DNA of 64,000 bases from an uncultured Sutterella sp. (lineage in GTDB: Bacteria; Pseudomonadota; Gammaproteobacteria; Burkholderiales; Burkholderiaceae_F): assembly GCA_900542195.1 (NCBI GenBank), contig UQNA01000001.1:49640-113639 (forward strand), read 5' to 3'. A model generated the notes under the pieces. It searched no databases. It saw only the letters and a list, made by a program, of their open reading frames with translations, and was not told the DNA's origin. A program made the position numbers and the translations under genes. This document shows, in pieces, positions 1-9,956 of this stretch. Positions within the stretch are counted from its first letter, which is position 1, and each line of letters opens with the position of its first letter.

Positions 1-1046
1 CCGGTTGCGAGGATAACGGCTTTAGCATCAATTCTGTATATGCCGGAATGCTTACCTTTTACCAATGCCCCAACCACATTACCGGACTTGTCAGTAATCA
101 GTTTTACAAGTTTGGAGTTCAAACGGAGGTCAAGACCGGTTTCTTCGGCCTTATCCCTAAAGAATTTCGAAAGGTAAGGGCCGACAAAAGCACCACCTGC
201 AGGCCCGTGCATTCTGGCAGCAGAAGATCCACCTCCGCGCCCAACGTTACTCAAAACAGCGCCTTTTTGTGCCAACCATTCAATAGACGCATTGCTTTGT
301 TCTGCTAGGATTTTTGCCAAGTCCGGATTAGAGGCGTTCTTACCGCCTTTCATCGTATCTTTAAACATCAATTCAGAATTGTCTTCAATGCCTTTTTCTT
401 TCTGGAATTTGGTTCCCGCAGCGTTCATACCGCCTGCCGCAAGTTGACTATTTCCGCCCGGAATCGCCATTTTTTCGATCATTATGATGTCTTTAATTCC
501 GGCATCTCTTGCAGTCATAGCTGCTACAAAACCAGCAGCTCCGGACCCTACTACCAATAATTGAGTCTTATCAACTTTTGTGGGTGCGGCATTGTCGTAT
601 TTAGCAAGATCTTCTTTAAAGTTCGGTTGAGTTGCACCTTTTCCCTGTTTCATTGTTTTCATTGACGGAAAATCATGACAATTGGTGCAGTATGCAACAC
701 TGGGCTCGTGACCTGAATGGCATGCAGTGCATTGAATTTTGCCTAAATGGCTCTTATGCGGATTCGGGTTCTGCGATTGTGTTTTCGTGGCTAATGCATC
801 CAGATCACCGTGACAAGATGTGCACTTCTGATTAATCTCTTTTTCTCCATCAGTAACTTCAGACGGATGGCAAGAAACGCACTGGAGACCCATTTTTTGA
901 TGAGTACCAGCGAGATAGTCGGATTTTGGTGATGCGGCAAATGTTTTTGTTTGAGCATCGGAAAAACCAGCAGCAAAAGCGGCTGTTGATAAGGCAGCAA
1001 GCAACGGAAGTGAAAGTACCAAAGTTTTTATTTTGAACTTACTCAT
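1..1046 (-). CDS. Flavocytochrome c, 5' part only (gene runs off the window start): N-terminal tetraheme cytochrome c domain fused to an FAD-dependent fumarate-reductase-family flavoprotein (FccA/Ifc3-like)
   Basis: My own minus-strand translation from the ATG at 1046-1044 (AGGAGA RBS 6 nt upstream) gives a signal peptide MSKFKIKTLVLSLPLLAALSTAAFAA, four CxxCH motifs (CVSCH, CTSCH, CTACH, CTNCH), then an FAD dinucleotide fold (VVGSGAAGFVAA...GGNSQLAAGGMNAAGT). The supplied ORF track does not list it because the gene runs off the window edge. Confidence 0.8.
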   Translation of the reverse strand, partial: MSKFKIKTLVLSLPLLAALSTAAFAAGFSDAQTKTFAASPKSDYLAGTHQKMGLQCVSCHPSEVTDGEKEINQKCTSCHGDLDALATKTQSQNPNPHKSHLGKIQCTACHSGHEPSVAYCTNCHDFPSMKTMKQGKGATQPNFKEDLAKYDNAAPTKVDKTQLLVVGSGAAGFVAAMTARDAGIKDIIMIEKMAIPGGNSQLAAGGMNAAGTKFQKEKGIEDNSELMFKDTMKGGKNASNPDLAKILAEQSNASIEWLAQKGAVLSNVGRGGGSSAARMHGPAGGAFVGPYLSKFFRDKAEETGLDLRLNSKLVKLITDKSGNVVGALVKGKHSGIYRIDAKAVILAT

Positions 1047-1154
1047 TATTATCTCCTGGGAAAAGACTTCTTCATTATTTGAGATAAGAGAGTAAAAATC
1101 TATTTTGTTTTTACTTAGTCCTTGTTAGGATATGCCTAACGCTAGACTATTCCA

Positions 1155-2087
1155 TTGATAGACAACTACCCATGCGAGATAGTGATGCTTCATTTTGATT
1201 TAAACGACCTTTCTCTTTTTCTAACAATTGCCAATCAAGGGAACCTAACTAAGGGGGCTGAAAACTTTGGCTTGTCAGCGCCGTCCGCCTCTTCAAGAAT
1301 CAAAAAATTAGAAGACGCATTTCAGACCGCACTGCTAAAGAGGTCGACAAAAGGTGTCGAAACGACAGAAGCCGGAGATCTGGTTTATGAATCCGCCCGG
1401 AAAATCATGTGGGAATTAGATGCTCTCAAGTCGTCGATAAAGCCGTATGTGAGAAAAACTGCAGGCTATATCAAAGTCCATGCAAATTACGGCGCAGCAT
1501 TGGACTTTCTTCCTAAAGAAATAGGTAATTTTTTACAGTTTTATCCTTACGTTAAGTTCGAACTCGTTCAGCAGCCTTCACCAAGAGTTGTTGACTCGGT
1601 ACTTTCCGGAGAAGCGGACATAGGCGTCTGCGCCTACGATGGGATGAAAAAAGGAGTTATGTCCTTTCCATACAAAGAAGATGAGCTTGTCGTAATCGCC
1701 CCATTAGGCCATGTCCTTTCGAAGTACAAACAAGTCTGTTTTGATGAAACGCTGCACTTCCCCTTTGTCGCATTAACCACCGGAAGCGCAATGCAAAGGT
1801 TTGTCCAAGACAATGCTCAAAAGATCGGAAAAAGGCTAAACATCAAGGTTCAAGTAGATAACCCGGAAATACTAATTGATCTAGTGTCCTCAGGAATTGG
1901 GATAGGAATTATTCTGAAAAAATCTTTAGAAAAGGCCGACTGCTCAAAGCTTACTTTGATTAAGTTAAAAGATGACTGGGCAAAAAGGCATCTAAAAGTT
2001 TTTATAGCCGAGAAAGTCCTTAAAGAAAACCCAGAACTTGTAGCATTTAAAGATTTTCTACTCCAGGCAGCTCCGCGCCCTCAGTAG
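1155..2087 (+). CDS. LysR-family transcriptional regulator, divergent from the flavocytochrome gene
   Basis: N-terminal wHTH (LSLFLTIANQGNLTKGAENFGLSAPSASSRIKKLE) plus a LysR substrate-binding domain. The real start is probably the internal ATG near 1185 (MLHFDLN...). Confidence 0.85.
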   Translation: MIDNYPCEIVMLHFDLNDLSLFLTIANQGNLTKGAENFGLSAPSASSRIKKLEDAFQTALLKRSTKGVETTEAGDLVYESARKIMWELDALKSSIKPYVRKTAGYIKVHANYGAALDFLPKEIGNFLQFYPYVKFELVQQPSPRVVDSVLSGEADIGVCAYDGMKKGVMSFPYKEDELVVIAPLGHVLSKYKQVCFDETLHFPFVALTTGSAMQRFVQDNAQKIGKRLNIKVQVDNPEILIDLVSSGIGIGIILKKSLEKADCSKLTLIKLKDDWAKRHLKVFIAEKVLKENPELVAFKDFLLQAAPRPQ

Positions 2088-2200
2088 CTACATGCGAATT
2101 CGGGCTGTTCTTTACAAACATAGTTGTCGGAGGACAGGGAACCCTAGCCTTCTCCGCATTTCTCGTCGAAGGCTTGTTAAGTCACTATTTAAGAATTTTC

Positions 2201-3178
2201 CTATCTTACATACACATGGCCAAGCAACTCGGGGAATTCTTTTTCAAATGAATGGAAGAGCTTCTCGGTAAGCGCATTTTTTATTTCTCCTGCTAGAAGC
2301 TCTGCAATTGGAGAATATATCTCATCGTAATAATTAATAAAAAATGTCCTGGTGGCCTTATTCGTCATAAACGGAATCAGTTTGAGATTATTCTTAAATA
2401 AACGAGTGCTCCATAATGCGAGAGCCGGTTGAATAGACCAACCATTCCCTTGACTGATAATGTCCATCATTCCTGACTTGGACCCAAAAGAAATCTTTCT
2501 TGTCTCTTTTAACCCAAGTGTTCTATAAATACGTTCGACTTGAAAAAAGTCCATCGTATCGGGTGGAAATCCGAGGAAAGACAAATTTTCTAAATGAGGT
2601 TTGACCGCCTCAATGGAACCGCCTTTGAACTCCGGCCTGTTCGGAACGACTAAGAGGAATTCTTCCGAAAACAAAGGAGCCGACAAAATATTCTTTTCCT
2701 TTGTCAGAGGATCCGTGCAAAGAGCAATATCAATTGCCTTCTTTTTCAGCAAATCCGCAACATACGGAGAGGTTCCGGACGTAATAAACAAAGACTCCGT
2801 TGCCTTCCTTAGATCCTCGAACACATACGGTATTAGATTTGCCGCGATTCCATCGGAACATCCCATCCTCAAATCTAAGTCTCCGCAACTTCCGGCAAGT
2901 GATATATTTTCAGCCAACCGAGTAATTTCTTTGATTAGACAGGGACCGCGGTTATATAAGGCACGTCCGGCCTTAGTTAGTCTCATAGGCCGTGTTTCAC
3001 GTGTAAAAAGTTCGACACCAAGGTTCATTTCCATTTTCTTAATAACACTGGAAATGGCAGGTTGAGTTAGGCCTAAAGTTTCTGCAGCTCTGGTCATACT
3101 ACCATCGGCTGCAACTTCAAGGAAAATTTTAATCGAGGATATCTCTAAGGGAGAGTCGAGCATATGCAGTCCTATCAA
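2201..3178 (-). CDS. LysR-family transcriptional regulator, divergent from aspA-like paralog 1
   Basis: HTH IFLEVAADGSMTRAAETLGLTQPAISSVIKKME; C-terminal LysR effector domain. The start is probably the internal Met (MLDSPLE...). Confidence 0.85.
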   Translation of the reverse strand: MIGLHMLDSPLEISSIKIFLEVAADGSMTRAAETLGLTQPAISSVIKKMEMNLGVELFTRETRPMRLTKAGRALYNRGPCLIKEITRLAENISLAGSCGDLDLRMGCSDGIAANLIPYVFEDLRKATESLFITSGTSPYVADLLKKKAIDIALCTDPLTKEKNILSAPLFSEEFLLVVPNRPEFKGGSIEAVKPHLENLSFLGFPPDTMDFFQVERIYRTLGLKETRKISFGSKSGMMDIISQGNGWSIQPALALWSTRLFKNNLKLIPFMTNKATRTFFINYYDEIYSPIAELLAGEIKNALTEKLFHSFEKEFPELLGHVYVR

Positions 3179-3329
3179 GAGAGAACTTAACGGCAGACCA
3201 TAAGTTTTTTTAATAGTTATCGTTTAACTTGGTTTATTTTAGTCGCTTTCCTATCTGCCTCGTATCACAATGTCATCATGGATTCAACCTCAAAAATCCT
3301 CATCAAACATCAACCCAAAGGAAAAAATA

Positions 3330-4766
3330 ATGGCAACAAGAATCGAGCGAGATTGTCTCGGCGAAATGGAAATTCCTGACGATTTGTATTATGGCATTCA
3401 AACTACCCGTGTTATGGGAGTTTCTGGAGTCCTCGGAGAAAAAGTCATCAAATATCCATATCTTCACAGAGCTCTCACTCAAATGAAGAAAGCTGCTGCC
3501 TTAGCCAATGCAGAAATCGGGGCTCTCTCTCCAGAAATTGCTCAGGCTATTGCATGGGCCTGTGACCAAGTTCTCACGGGCAAGTATGACGATCAATTCC
3601 CCCTCGACATGTTCCAAGGCGGCGGCTATACCTGCGTCAACATGAACATTAACGAGGTCGTAGGAAATTTAGCAAATGAACACCTGACAGGTCATAAAGG
3701 CCAGGATAAAGTTCACCCAAATACTCATGTCAACATGGGTCAGTCAACAAACGATGTGGTCACCTCCGCCGAACATCTTTGTATTTATCCAGCTCTGGAT
3801 TTACTTGCTCCTGAACTCGACAAACTTGCTGACGCATTCCAGCGTAAAGCAGATGAATTTGCTGATGTCGTTAAAGTTGGAAGAACTTGTCTTCAAGACG
3901 CAGTTCCTCTTACTCTCGGCCAAGAATTTGGGGGCTATGCTGAATTCTGCAGACGACAAGCCGCCAATATCCGCGGTCTTAGAGATGAATGTTTTGAATT
4001 GATTGTTGGTGCTACTGCCGTAGGTACAGGGATGGGAGCAGCTCCGGGATATCAAGAAGCATTCTACAAACATCTTTCCGCACAGCTTGGCGAAAATGTC
4101 AGAAGTACAAAGAACCTCTTCGACGGAATGCAAAACGATGACTTCTGCGTGAAGGTCTCTGCTGCGGTTAAACAAGCGGCATGTGGTATTTCTAAAATTG
4201 CCAAAGACTTACGTATTATGAGCTCCGGTCCTCGTGCCGGCTTTGGCGAAATTACACTACCCTCCCTTTCTCCGGGTTCTTCTATTATGCCGGGCAAGAT
4301 CAATCCGATTCTTCCGGAACTGGTCTCTCAAGTTGCGCAGCAAACCTGCGGCAATGATGTAGTCATCAGCATGGCTTTTGAGCAGGGCGAATTAGAAATC
4401 AGCGTTTGGGCACCGACTCTTTACAAGAACTTATTCGAATCTTTCGACCTTCTAACTAAAGTCATTCCGCTGTTCATCGAAAAATGCATCAACGGTATTG
4501 AAGCAAATCGTGAACGCTGCAGTAAGGAAGCAAGAGAGACTATTGCTCTTTCTACCGTAGTCGCTGCAACTCTCGGCTATCCGGAGGGCGTTAAAGTTTC
4601 TCACTATGCTCAAGAGCACAACCTTGCCGTCGCAGACGCTGTGTTGGAAATGGGCATTATGACCAAAGAAGAAGCAGATCTGCTCTTGGATCCGGCACTC
4701 TTGGTAGACCCAGCCCGGATGTCTGAAGCCATCGCTAAGTGGAAGAAGCAAAAAGGAAAACTGTAA
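3330..4766 (+). CDS. aspA: Aspartate ammonia-lyase (fumarase/aspartase class II superfamily), paralog 1, intact
   Basis: Full-length similarity to E. coli AspA recalled from memory: [43 protein letters not shown], and the SS-loop signature [30 protein letters not shown]. An AAAGGA RBS precedes the ATG at 3330; the track ORF starts 60 nt earlier at a non-canonical position. Confidence 0.85.
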   Translation: [478 protein letters not shown]

Positions 4767-4813
4767 AAAATTTCCCTCCCTGAAGTTTTGACTTATTTAC
4801 ATAAGTCCTCCAT

Positions 4814-4850
4814 CCTTCGAGAGCCCGATGAACTCTCGAAGGCTTTTTTA
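4814..4850 (+). terminator. Rho-independent terminator after aspA paralog 1
   Basis: Perfect 10-bp stem ccttcgagag / ctctcgaagg with a 9-nt loop, followed by TTTTTT. A second 7-bp hairpin plus T5 lies at 4853-4885. Confidence 0.6.
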
Positions 4851-4889
4851 TTTGTCTGCTGCCTTGTTCCAAAGACAGCAGATTTTTAG

Positions 4890-5153
4890 TTAACGCTCTT
4901 GATGTCCTTTATGGCAAACAGAACATGGAACATCTGCGGTTTTCAATGCGGAATGCTGAGGATTTGAAGTACTAAGCCTTTCTTTTCCTCCATGGCATCC
5001 GATGCATTTGTTGTAATCGGCGAATGGCATTTGAGAATGACATCCTTCACAACTCAGGCCTTTGAGCTGGTGATTCTGTGCAACAGGTGCAGCAAACGCA
5101 CATACAGCAAAAGCCAAAGAGGAAAGACAGGCACCTAATTTAAAAAAATTCAT
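4890..5153 (-). CDS. Small periplasmic triheme c-type cytochrome
   Basis: Signal peptide plus three CxxCH motifs (CEGCH, CIGCH, CSVCH) in 87 aa. Lies 9 nt downstream of the flavoprotein gene on the same strand. Confidence 0.7.
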   Translation of the reverse strand: MNFFKLGACLSSLAFAVCAFAAPVAQNHQLKGLSCEGCHSQMPFADYNKCIGCHGGKERLSTSNPQHSALKTADVPCSVCHKGHQER

Positions 5154-5162
5154 GCCGCACTC

Positions 5163-6338
5163 CTAATCCGGAATGACAACCATATTGCGGTTAATGTCTT
5201 TGACGGTTTGTGCCCCGGTCAATACCATAGCAACTGCCAATTCATTCTTGATCTTGTTAGCAAACAGAGCTACGCCGTCGGCCAATCCGCCATGAGCGGC
5301 TCTAACAAAATGACGACCTGCTAAAGTGCATTGGGCACCCAAACCAAGATATTTTTCAACATCGGTACCGCGAGCAAGCGTTCCGTCAACCATAATGAAG
5401 CAGCGGCCGTTGACTACATCTGCGATCTTCGGAAGGACTGCTGCTGTTCCCGGGGTATCAGCGAGTGTTCTGCCGCCGTGATTGGAAACCACGATACCGG
5501 CTGCACCAGCTTTGACACACAACTCTGCTTCATCCGGAGTCATAATGCCCTTGAAGAGCAACGGAAGCTTGGAAGCTTTAACAAGTTCTTTAAGTTGTTC
5601 AAATGTCTTTGGTTCAACGGTCTGACCTTTTGTTGCACGAGCTGCACGGCCTGCGCTGTCCAAATCAATAGTCAAAGCAATAATTCCGGCCTGTTCAGCC
5701 AATCTCATTCTTTCGATGATATCTTTCTGCAGTCTTGGCTTTAATCCAACAATGGCTTTGTAGCCGTGTTCTTTCAAAGTTTGGAGACGTTTTTCGTAGA
5801 CATCCAGCGGGTCACCGATTCCATCGGCAACAGCACCCAATGTACCGGCTTGGTTGCATCCGCCACAAATAGCATTCACAAATTCCGCTTCAGTTAACTT
5901 TCCGCCCATGTTATAGGTTGTGCCTCCTGTCGGAGCTGCGATAACCGGCATGGAAATTTTGGTTCCGAAAAAGTCAATGGAGGTATCTGGAACATGAACA
6001 CCGTGTACAACACGTGAATTCAATTGAACAGCGGCCAAAGAATCGTAGTTAGCTTGGAATCCGCGGGAAGCTCCCATACCTCCGAAACCCGGTACTTGGC
6101 CTACGCAAGGTCCTCTGCCGTTGCATTCTGGACAGACATAGCAACGCGGGATCATCATTTCACGTGCACGATTACGAACTTCTTCATAAGTCATCTTTCC
6201 GGTCAGTGGACGGATCTGAGAAGTCTTTTCTTGAGCTGCCGCGACAGTACCTACTCCTGCCAGAGCGGATGTTGCAAGAGAAGCTACAGAACCTTTGAGG
6301 ATAGTACGACGTGTAATAAAAACGTTTTTTTCTTCCAT
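5163..6338 (-). CDS. Tat-exported FMN-dependent alpha-hydroxy-acid dehydrogenase-family oxidoreductase with an N-terminal Cys-rich segment
   Basis: Twin-arginine signal (FITRRTILKG...AAAQE); Cys cluster CYVCPECNGRGPCVG; family hallmark GIVVSNHGGR in a TIM-barrel-like sequence. Confidence 0.75.
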   Translation of the reverse strand: MEEKNVFITRRTILKGSVASLATSALAGVGTVAAAQEKTSQIRPLTGKMTYEEVRNRAREMMIPRCYVCPECNGRGPCVGQVPGFGGMGASRGFQANYDSLAAVQLNSRVVHGVHVPDTSIDFFGTKISMPVIAAPTGGTTYNMGGKLTEAEFVNAICGGCNQAGTLGAVADGIGDPLDVYEKRLQTLKEHGYKAIVGLKPRLQKDIIERMRLAEQAGIIALTIDLDSAGRAARATKGQTVEPKTFEQLKELVKASKLPLLFKGIMTPDEAELCVKAGAAGIVVSNHGGRTLADTPGTAAVLPKIADVVNGRCFIMVDGTLARGTDVEKYLGLGAQCTLAGRHFVRAAHGGLADGVALFANKIKNELAVAMVLTGAQTVKDINRNMVVIPD

Positions 6339-6384
6339 AATGTTCTCCTTGGTTATGAACGATGTAATAATAAATTAAAACTTA

Positions 6385-6518
6385 TTATGAAGTAAAGTAC
6401 ATATTTACCATTATTACACAGGAATATTTTGTTCATACAAAATGAATTTATTAAAAAATTTCCCTAACAAAATCCTGTTATTAAACATCTGATTCCAAAG
6501 TTATGAAGTAAAATACAT
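6385..6518. promoter_or_regulatory. Divergent promoter region carrying two copies of an 18-bp direct repeat, TTATGAAGTAAA(G/A)TACAT
   Basis: Copy 1 at 6385-6402 and copy 2 at 6501-6518 (17/18 identical), 116 bp apart, between the divergent starts at 6338 (flavoprotein) and 6528 (regulator). Confidence 0.35.
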
Positions 6519-6527
6519 TTCTCTCCT

Positions 6528-7619
6528 GTGAGGTTTCTGCAAATGACTCCTATCAAAGTAAGACTTAATTTCTCCTTGTTTAAGAAAGAACCAAATTCAA
6601 AATTAGTTTTAAGCAATCCTCTTTTAGACTTACTTGACGCTGTTAAGCGCACGGGCTCATTAACCGCAGCTTCTAAAGAATTAGGCTACTCATATCGTCA
6701 TCTCTGGAATGAAGTCAAAGAATGGGAGAAAGAGCTTGGAGCTGATCTCTTGGTCAGTGGAAGAGGAAAGAACGGAGAATTAACGCCTTTTGCAGAAAGA
6801 CTTCTATGGGCGAATAAAGAGGTTCAAGCCAAATATCACAAACAGCTTTTAGATTTGAAGGCAGGGATAGCGCAAACATTCTCCAGAGCCATCAAGGAAA
6901 CCTGGAATCCAATCCAGATTTCCGGCTGTCCGGATATGGCAATAGACATTCTCCGCCAGATCGCCGTTGACAAAGGAGAAGACCTGGAAGTTAATTTCAG
7001 TTCCAGTCTTGAGGGGCTGAAAAGCTTGAATAATCATGAGTGCGATATTGCCGGTTTTAACTTTCCCCTTTCCTCCGGAAAGGACAGCCAAGCATGCAAA
7101 ATCTTTTCGCCTTATCTGGACCCTGAGAGCATGGCCGTAATTACGTTTGCTACGCGCCTCCAAGGCCTCGCCGTACCAAAAGGCAATCCAAAAAAAATAT
7201 ATTCCATCATGGATATTGCCTTCAAAAAAGCTAAATTTATCAACCGCAAGGAAGGAACCGGCACGCGCCTTCTCTTTGACAAGCTCTTACAAGCCTCAGG
7301 CCTTCCCTCCTCTGATATCTGCGGATATGATAATTACTCGGCATCGACGTCCATGTCGGCAGTTGCCATTGCTTCGAGCAGAGCTGATGCCGGAATCTGT
7401 ACTGCCAATGTCGCAGAAGAGTTCCACTTGGATTTCATTCCGTTAGCAAAGGAAATCTATTACCTTGCCTGCAAAAAAGAGTTCTTAGCCTCTCAAAAAG
7501 GAACAGATTTCTTATCCTTCTTAAAAGGCATTGATTGGGAGCCATACTCGAAGCAGCTGCAGGGCTATGACTTTTCCCACGTCGGAGAAATTCTCAGTCC
7601 GGAAGAAATTTTTCAATAA
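6528..7619 (+). CDS. Transcriptional regulator with a ModE-type N-terminal winged HTH fused to a periplasmic-binding-protein-like sensor domain
   Basis: LLDLLDAVKRTGSLTAASKELGYSYRHLWNEV matches the ModE/LysR-like HTH family; about 250 aa of PBP-like domain follow. Divergent from the flavoprotein/cytochrome operon. Confidence 0.65.
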   Translation: MRFLQMTPIKVRLNFSLFKKEPNSKLVLSNPLLDLLDAVKRTGSLTAASKELGYSYRHLWNEVKEWEKELGADLLVSGRGKNGELTPFAERLLWANKEVQAKYHKQLLDLKAGIAQTFSRAIKETWNPIQISGCPDMAIDILRQIAVDKGEDLEVNFSSSLEGLKSLNNHECDIAGFNFPLSSGKDSQACKIFSPYLDPESMAVITFATRLQGLAVPKGNPKKIYSIMDIAFKKAKFINRKEGTGTRLLFDKLLQASGLPSSDICGYDNYSASTSMSAVAIASSRADAGICTANVAEEFHLDFIPLAKEIYYLACKKEFLASQKGTDFLSFLKGIDWEPYSKQLQGYDFSHVGEILSPEEIFQ

Positions 7620-7805
7620 GCTTTCAACAAAAACAGAAAACTTATATTTCGCTCGGACATAATTCCGAGCTTTAGAATCACTAGATCCAGATGTTGAAAT
7701 TCCTCTCTCATAGGCAAGTGCTACTAGGTTTTACCCGCAGTTAGACCAATCATTACCCCAAATAATGATAAAACTTAGATAAAGTCTTTCAGTATTTACT
7801 ATCCC

Positions 7806-8828
7806 GTGGAAATGGGGGTAAGTAATAGCCCAATTAGGAGTGAACAAATGACTGTAGATTCGGGGCTGGATATTGGCTGTCTAAGAATATTTCTCGAGAC
7901 CGCAAAAGACTGCAACATGAGTCGAGCCGCACAGACGCTCGGTGTCTCTCAACCTGCGGTCTCTGCCTCTATCAAAAAAATTGAAACCATACTTGGTACC
8001 AGTGTTTTTGATAGGAATACCCGCCCTATTCAACTAACCACAGCGGGACGAATGCTGTGGAATCGAGGCTCATATCTTTTAGAACAATTTGATTGCCTCA
8101 CCCCATCCATTAAAAGCTCCCTTGTCTGCCATAAGGTTGATTTGAGAATGGGATGCTCAGACTGCATGAGCTTTGCCCTGAGCCCAAGTCTTATGAATGC
8201 TGCCTTAGAATTCACCAAGAATCTAAGCGTTAAAACCGGAAGCACCCCTACCATTTCACAGATGCTTTCCTGCAACCAGATTGATATTGCATTGGCCTCC
8301 GATTCAATGATTGGAGTAGAAAACGTTCAAGCTCTCCCTCTATTGACTGAAGAATTTCTCTTTGTAGTCCCTAAAGACATACTGGCGTGCCCAAGTCCTT
8401 GTTACAAAGAAATTTACGAAAAACTGTCACATCTTCCTTACCTGCGGTTTGGCAAAGAAACTTTCGATTTTGTTCAGTCCGAAAGAATTTATCGGGGACT
8501 TCATTTTAAAGATGTGCAGCGCATCGAAGTTGATACAAACAAAGCCATGATGTCCCTCATTTCCAACAGAAGAGGATGGTGCATTTTGCCGCCATTGAGT
8601 ATATGGATGGGAAAAGAATTTTCTAACAAAGTCAGCTTTTTTAAATTCAATGTAGAAGCCACCCGTCGTTACTTTGTTCTTTATCAGTCAAATGGGTATG
8701 CGTCAATCGCAGAAAGAATCAGAAAGGTATCCATAGAACTCTTTAAAAAAGAAATCTTCCCGCAAATTGCTAAAGAGTGGCCGGAATTGTTAAAGCACAT
8801 CCATCTTAACGATGATTGCGCCAGTTGA
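7806..8828 (+). CDS. LysR-family transcriptional regulator
   Basis: HTH LRIFLETAKDCNMSRAAQTLGVSQPAVSASIKKIE plus LysR effector domain. Confidence 0.85.
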   Translation: MEMGVSNSPIRSEQMTVDSGLDIGCLRIFLETAKDCNMSRAAQTLGVSQPAVSASIKKIETILGTSVFDRNTRPIQLTTAGRMLWNRGSYLLEQFDCLTPSIKSSLVCHKVDLRMGCSDCMSFALSPSLMNAALEFTKNLSVKTGSTPTISQMLSCNQIDIALASDSMIGVENVQALPLLTEEFLFVVPKDILACPSPCYKEIYEKLSHLPYLRFGKETFDFVQSERIYRGLHFKDVQRIEVDTNKAMMSLISNRRGWCILPPLSIWMGKEFSNKVSFFKFNVEATRRYFVLYQSNGYASIAERIRKVSIELFKKEIFPQIAKEWPELLKHIHLNDDCAS

Positions 8829-8853
8829 GCCGGCAACGATCAAGCACACTTAA

Positions 8854-9818
8854 TCAATGAGACAGAAGATGGATAAACGATGATAGACCCGGAACAATTT
8901 TGTCCATCTTTGGCATGAGGTTATCCTGAATAGCCTTCTTTGCCGCTGCATGAACCACAGTTCTCATCCGATTGCTCGCCCCGCTCTTTCCTATAATCCA
9001 GGACTGCCTTCTCATCTGACGCCCAGGTATGGTGAAAAAGTCCACATCTTGAACGAAGTTACTGGAAGTCCATAAATTTGTGGGTGTAACAATAGACCAT
9101 CCATCAAGCTCCGCCACCAAACCCACTAAAAGATAACTTGTGGAGACAGCGGTCTGGACTTTTGCATGCATCCCGATTGAGCGGAGAATTCTGTCGACTT
9201 GAATTCTGTCGGAACTTTGTTTGTTGTATTCAATCAAAGGATGAGTAAGAGCAAACTGTTGGAACTCATTTAGCGTTGAAAATTTTCCTCTTCCTTTCTT
9301 TACGATGACTAAAAAGTCCTCTTCCAACAAATCCAGCCTCTCGAAACTATTGTTTTCGAAAAGTCCCTCAGGGGAAAGAAGGATATCGATTTTGTCTGCT
9401 TGAAGGGCTCTGCTCATTGGATAAGTTAAGCCGGACTGAACTTCCAGCTCATGAGTTTTACCTTTTAAATCGCTAATCAGCCATGGTCCGTAGGATCCGG
9501 CTGCAGATTCACTTAGGCCGAGGCGTAAAGAACTTAAGTTTTTGCCTTCATCTTGGATTTCATCGTACAAAGATTCCGAAAGCCGCATCAGCTCCTGGCC
9601 TTGAGAATAAAGGCGACGCCCTGGCGCGGTAAGAGTCATCGGACGAGAATCTCGTTCAAATAATTTAACTTTTAAATGTACTTCTTGGCTTTAATGCTCT
9701 GGCTGATAGCCGAAGGTGTCTGATTCAACCGATGGGCTGCTTCTTTCAAGTACCGAACTTCTGAAACTATTAAAAAGACTCTTAACAAATCAGTTTCAAT
9801 CCATTTTTTTTCAGTCAT
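8854..9818 (-). pseudogene. LysR-family regulator with a frameshift inside the HTH-coding region (pseudogene or sequencing error)
   Basis: My minus-strand translation from the ATG at 9818 gives MTEKKWIETDLLRVFLIVSEVRYLKEAAHRLNQTPSAISQSIKAKKYI*, hitting a stop at 9672-9674. The +2 frame then continues EVHLKVKLFERDSRPMTLTAPGRRLY into the 261-aa track ORF. A single-nucleotide deletion near 9680-9689 explains this. There is also an A8 tract at 9804-9811. Confidence 0.5.
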
Positions 9819-9956
9819 AAGCGGAGCCAAGTTAAGAAAAACTGAATCTTCTTTATTGTATTTCTCATTTTAATCGACCGGTAAGAAAAGTTCTGACAGA
9901 ATCATATTCAAGAAAGATTTTTATGCTTACTCTCTCGAATCCAATGGAGAAAATAA

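Noticed and set aside
2601-3065. 154-aa ORF on the + strand inside the LysR gene
   Set aside because: Entirely antisense to a well-supported LysR CDS, with a low-complexity translation. The same reasoning applies to other antisense track ORFs overlapping well-supported CDSs on the opposite strand: 3727-4002, 3801-4175, 4064-4303, 5331-5744, 6024-6395, 34056-34439, 34443-35030, 44805-45299, 46189-46884, 47476-48276, 48289-48780, 60474-60960.
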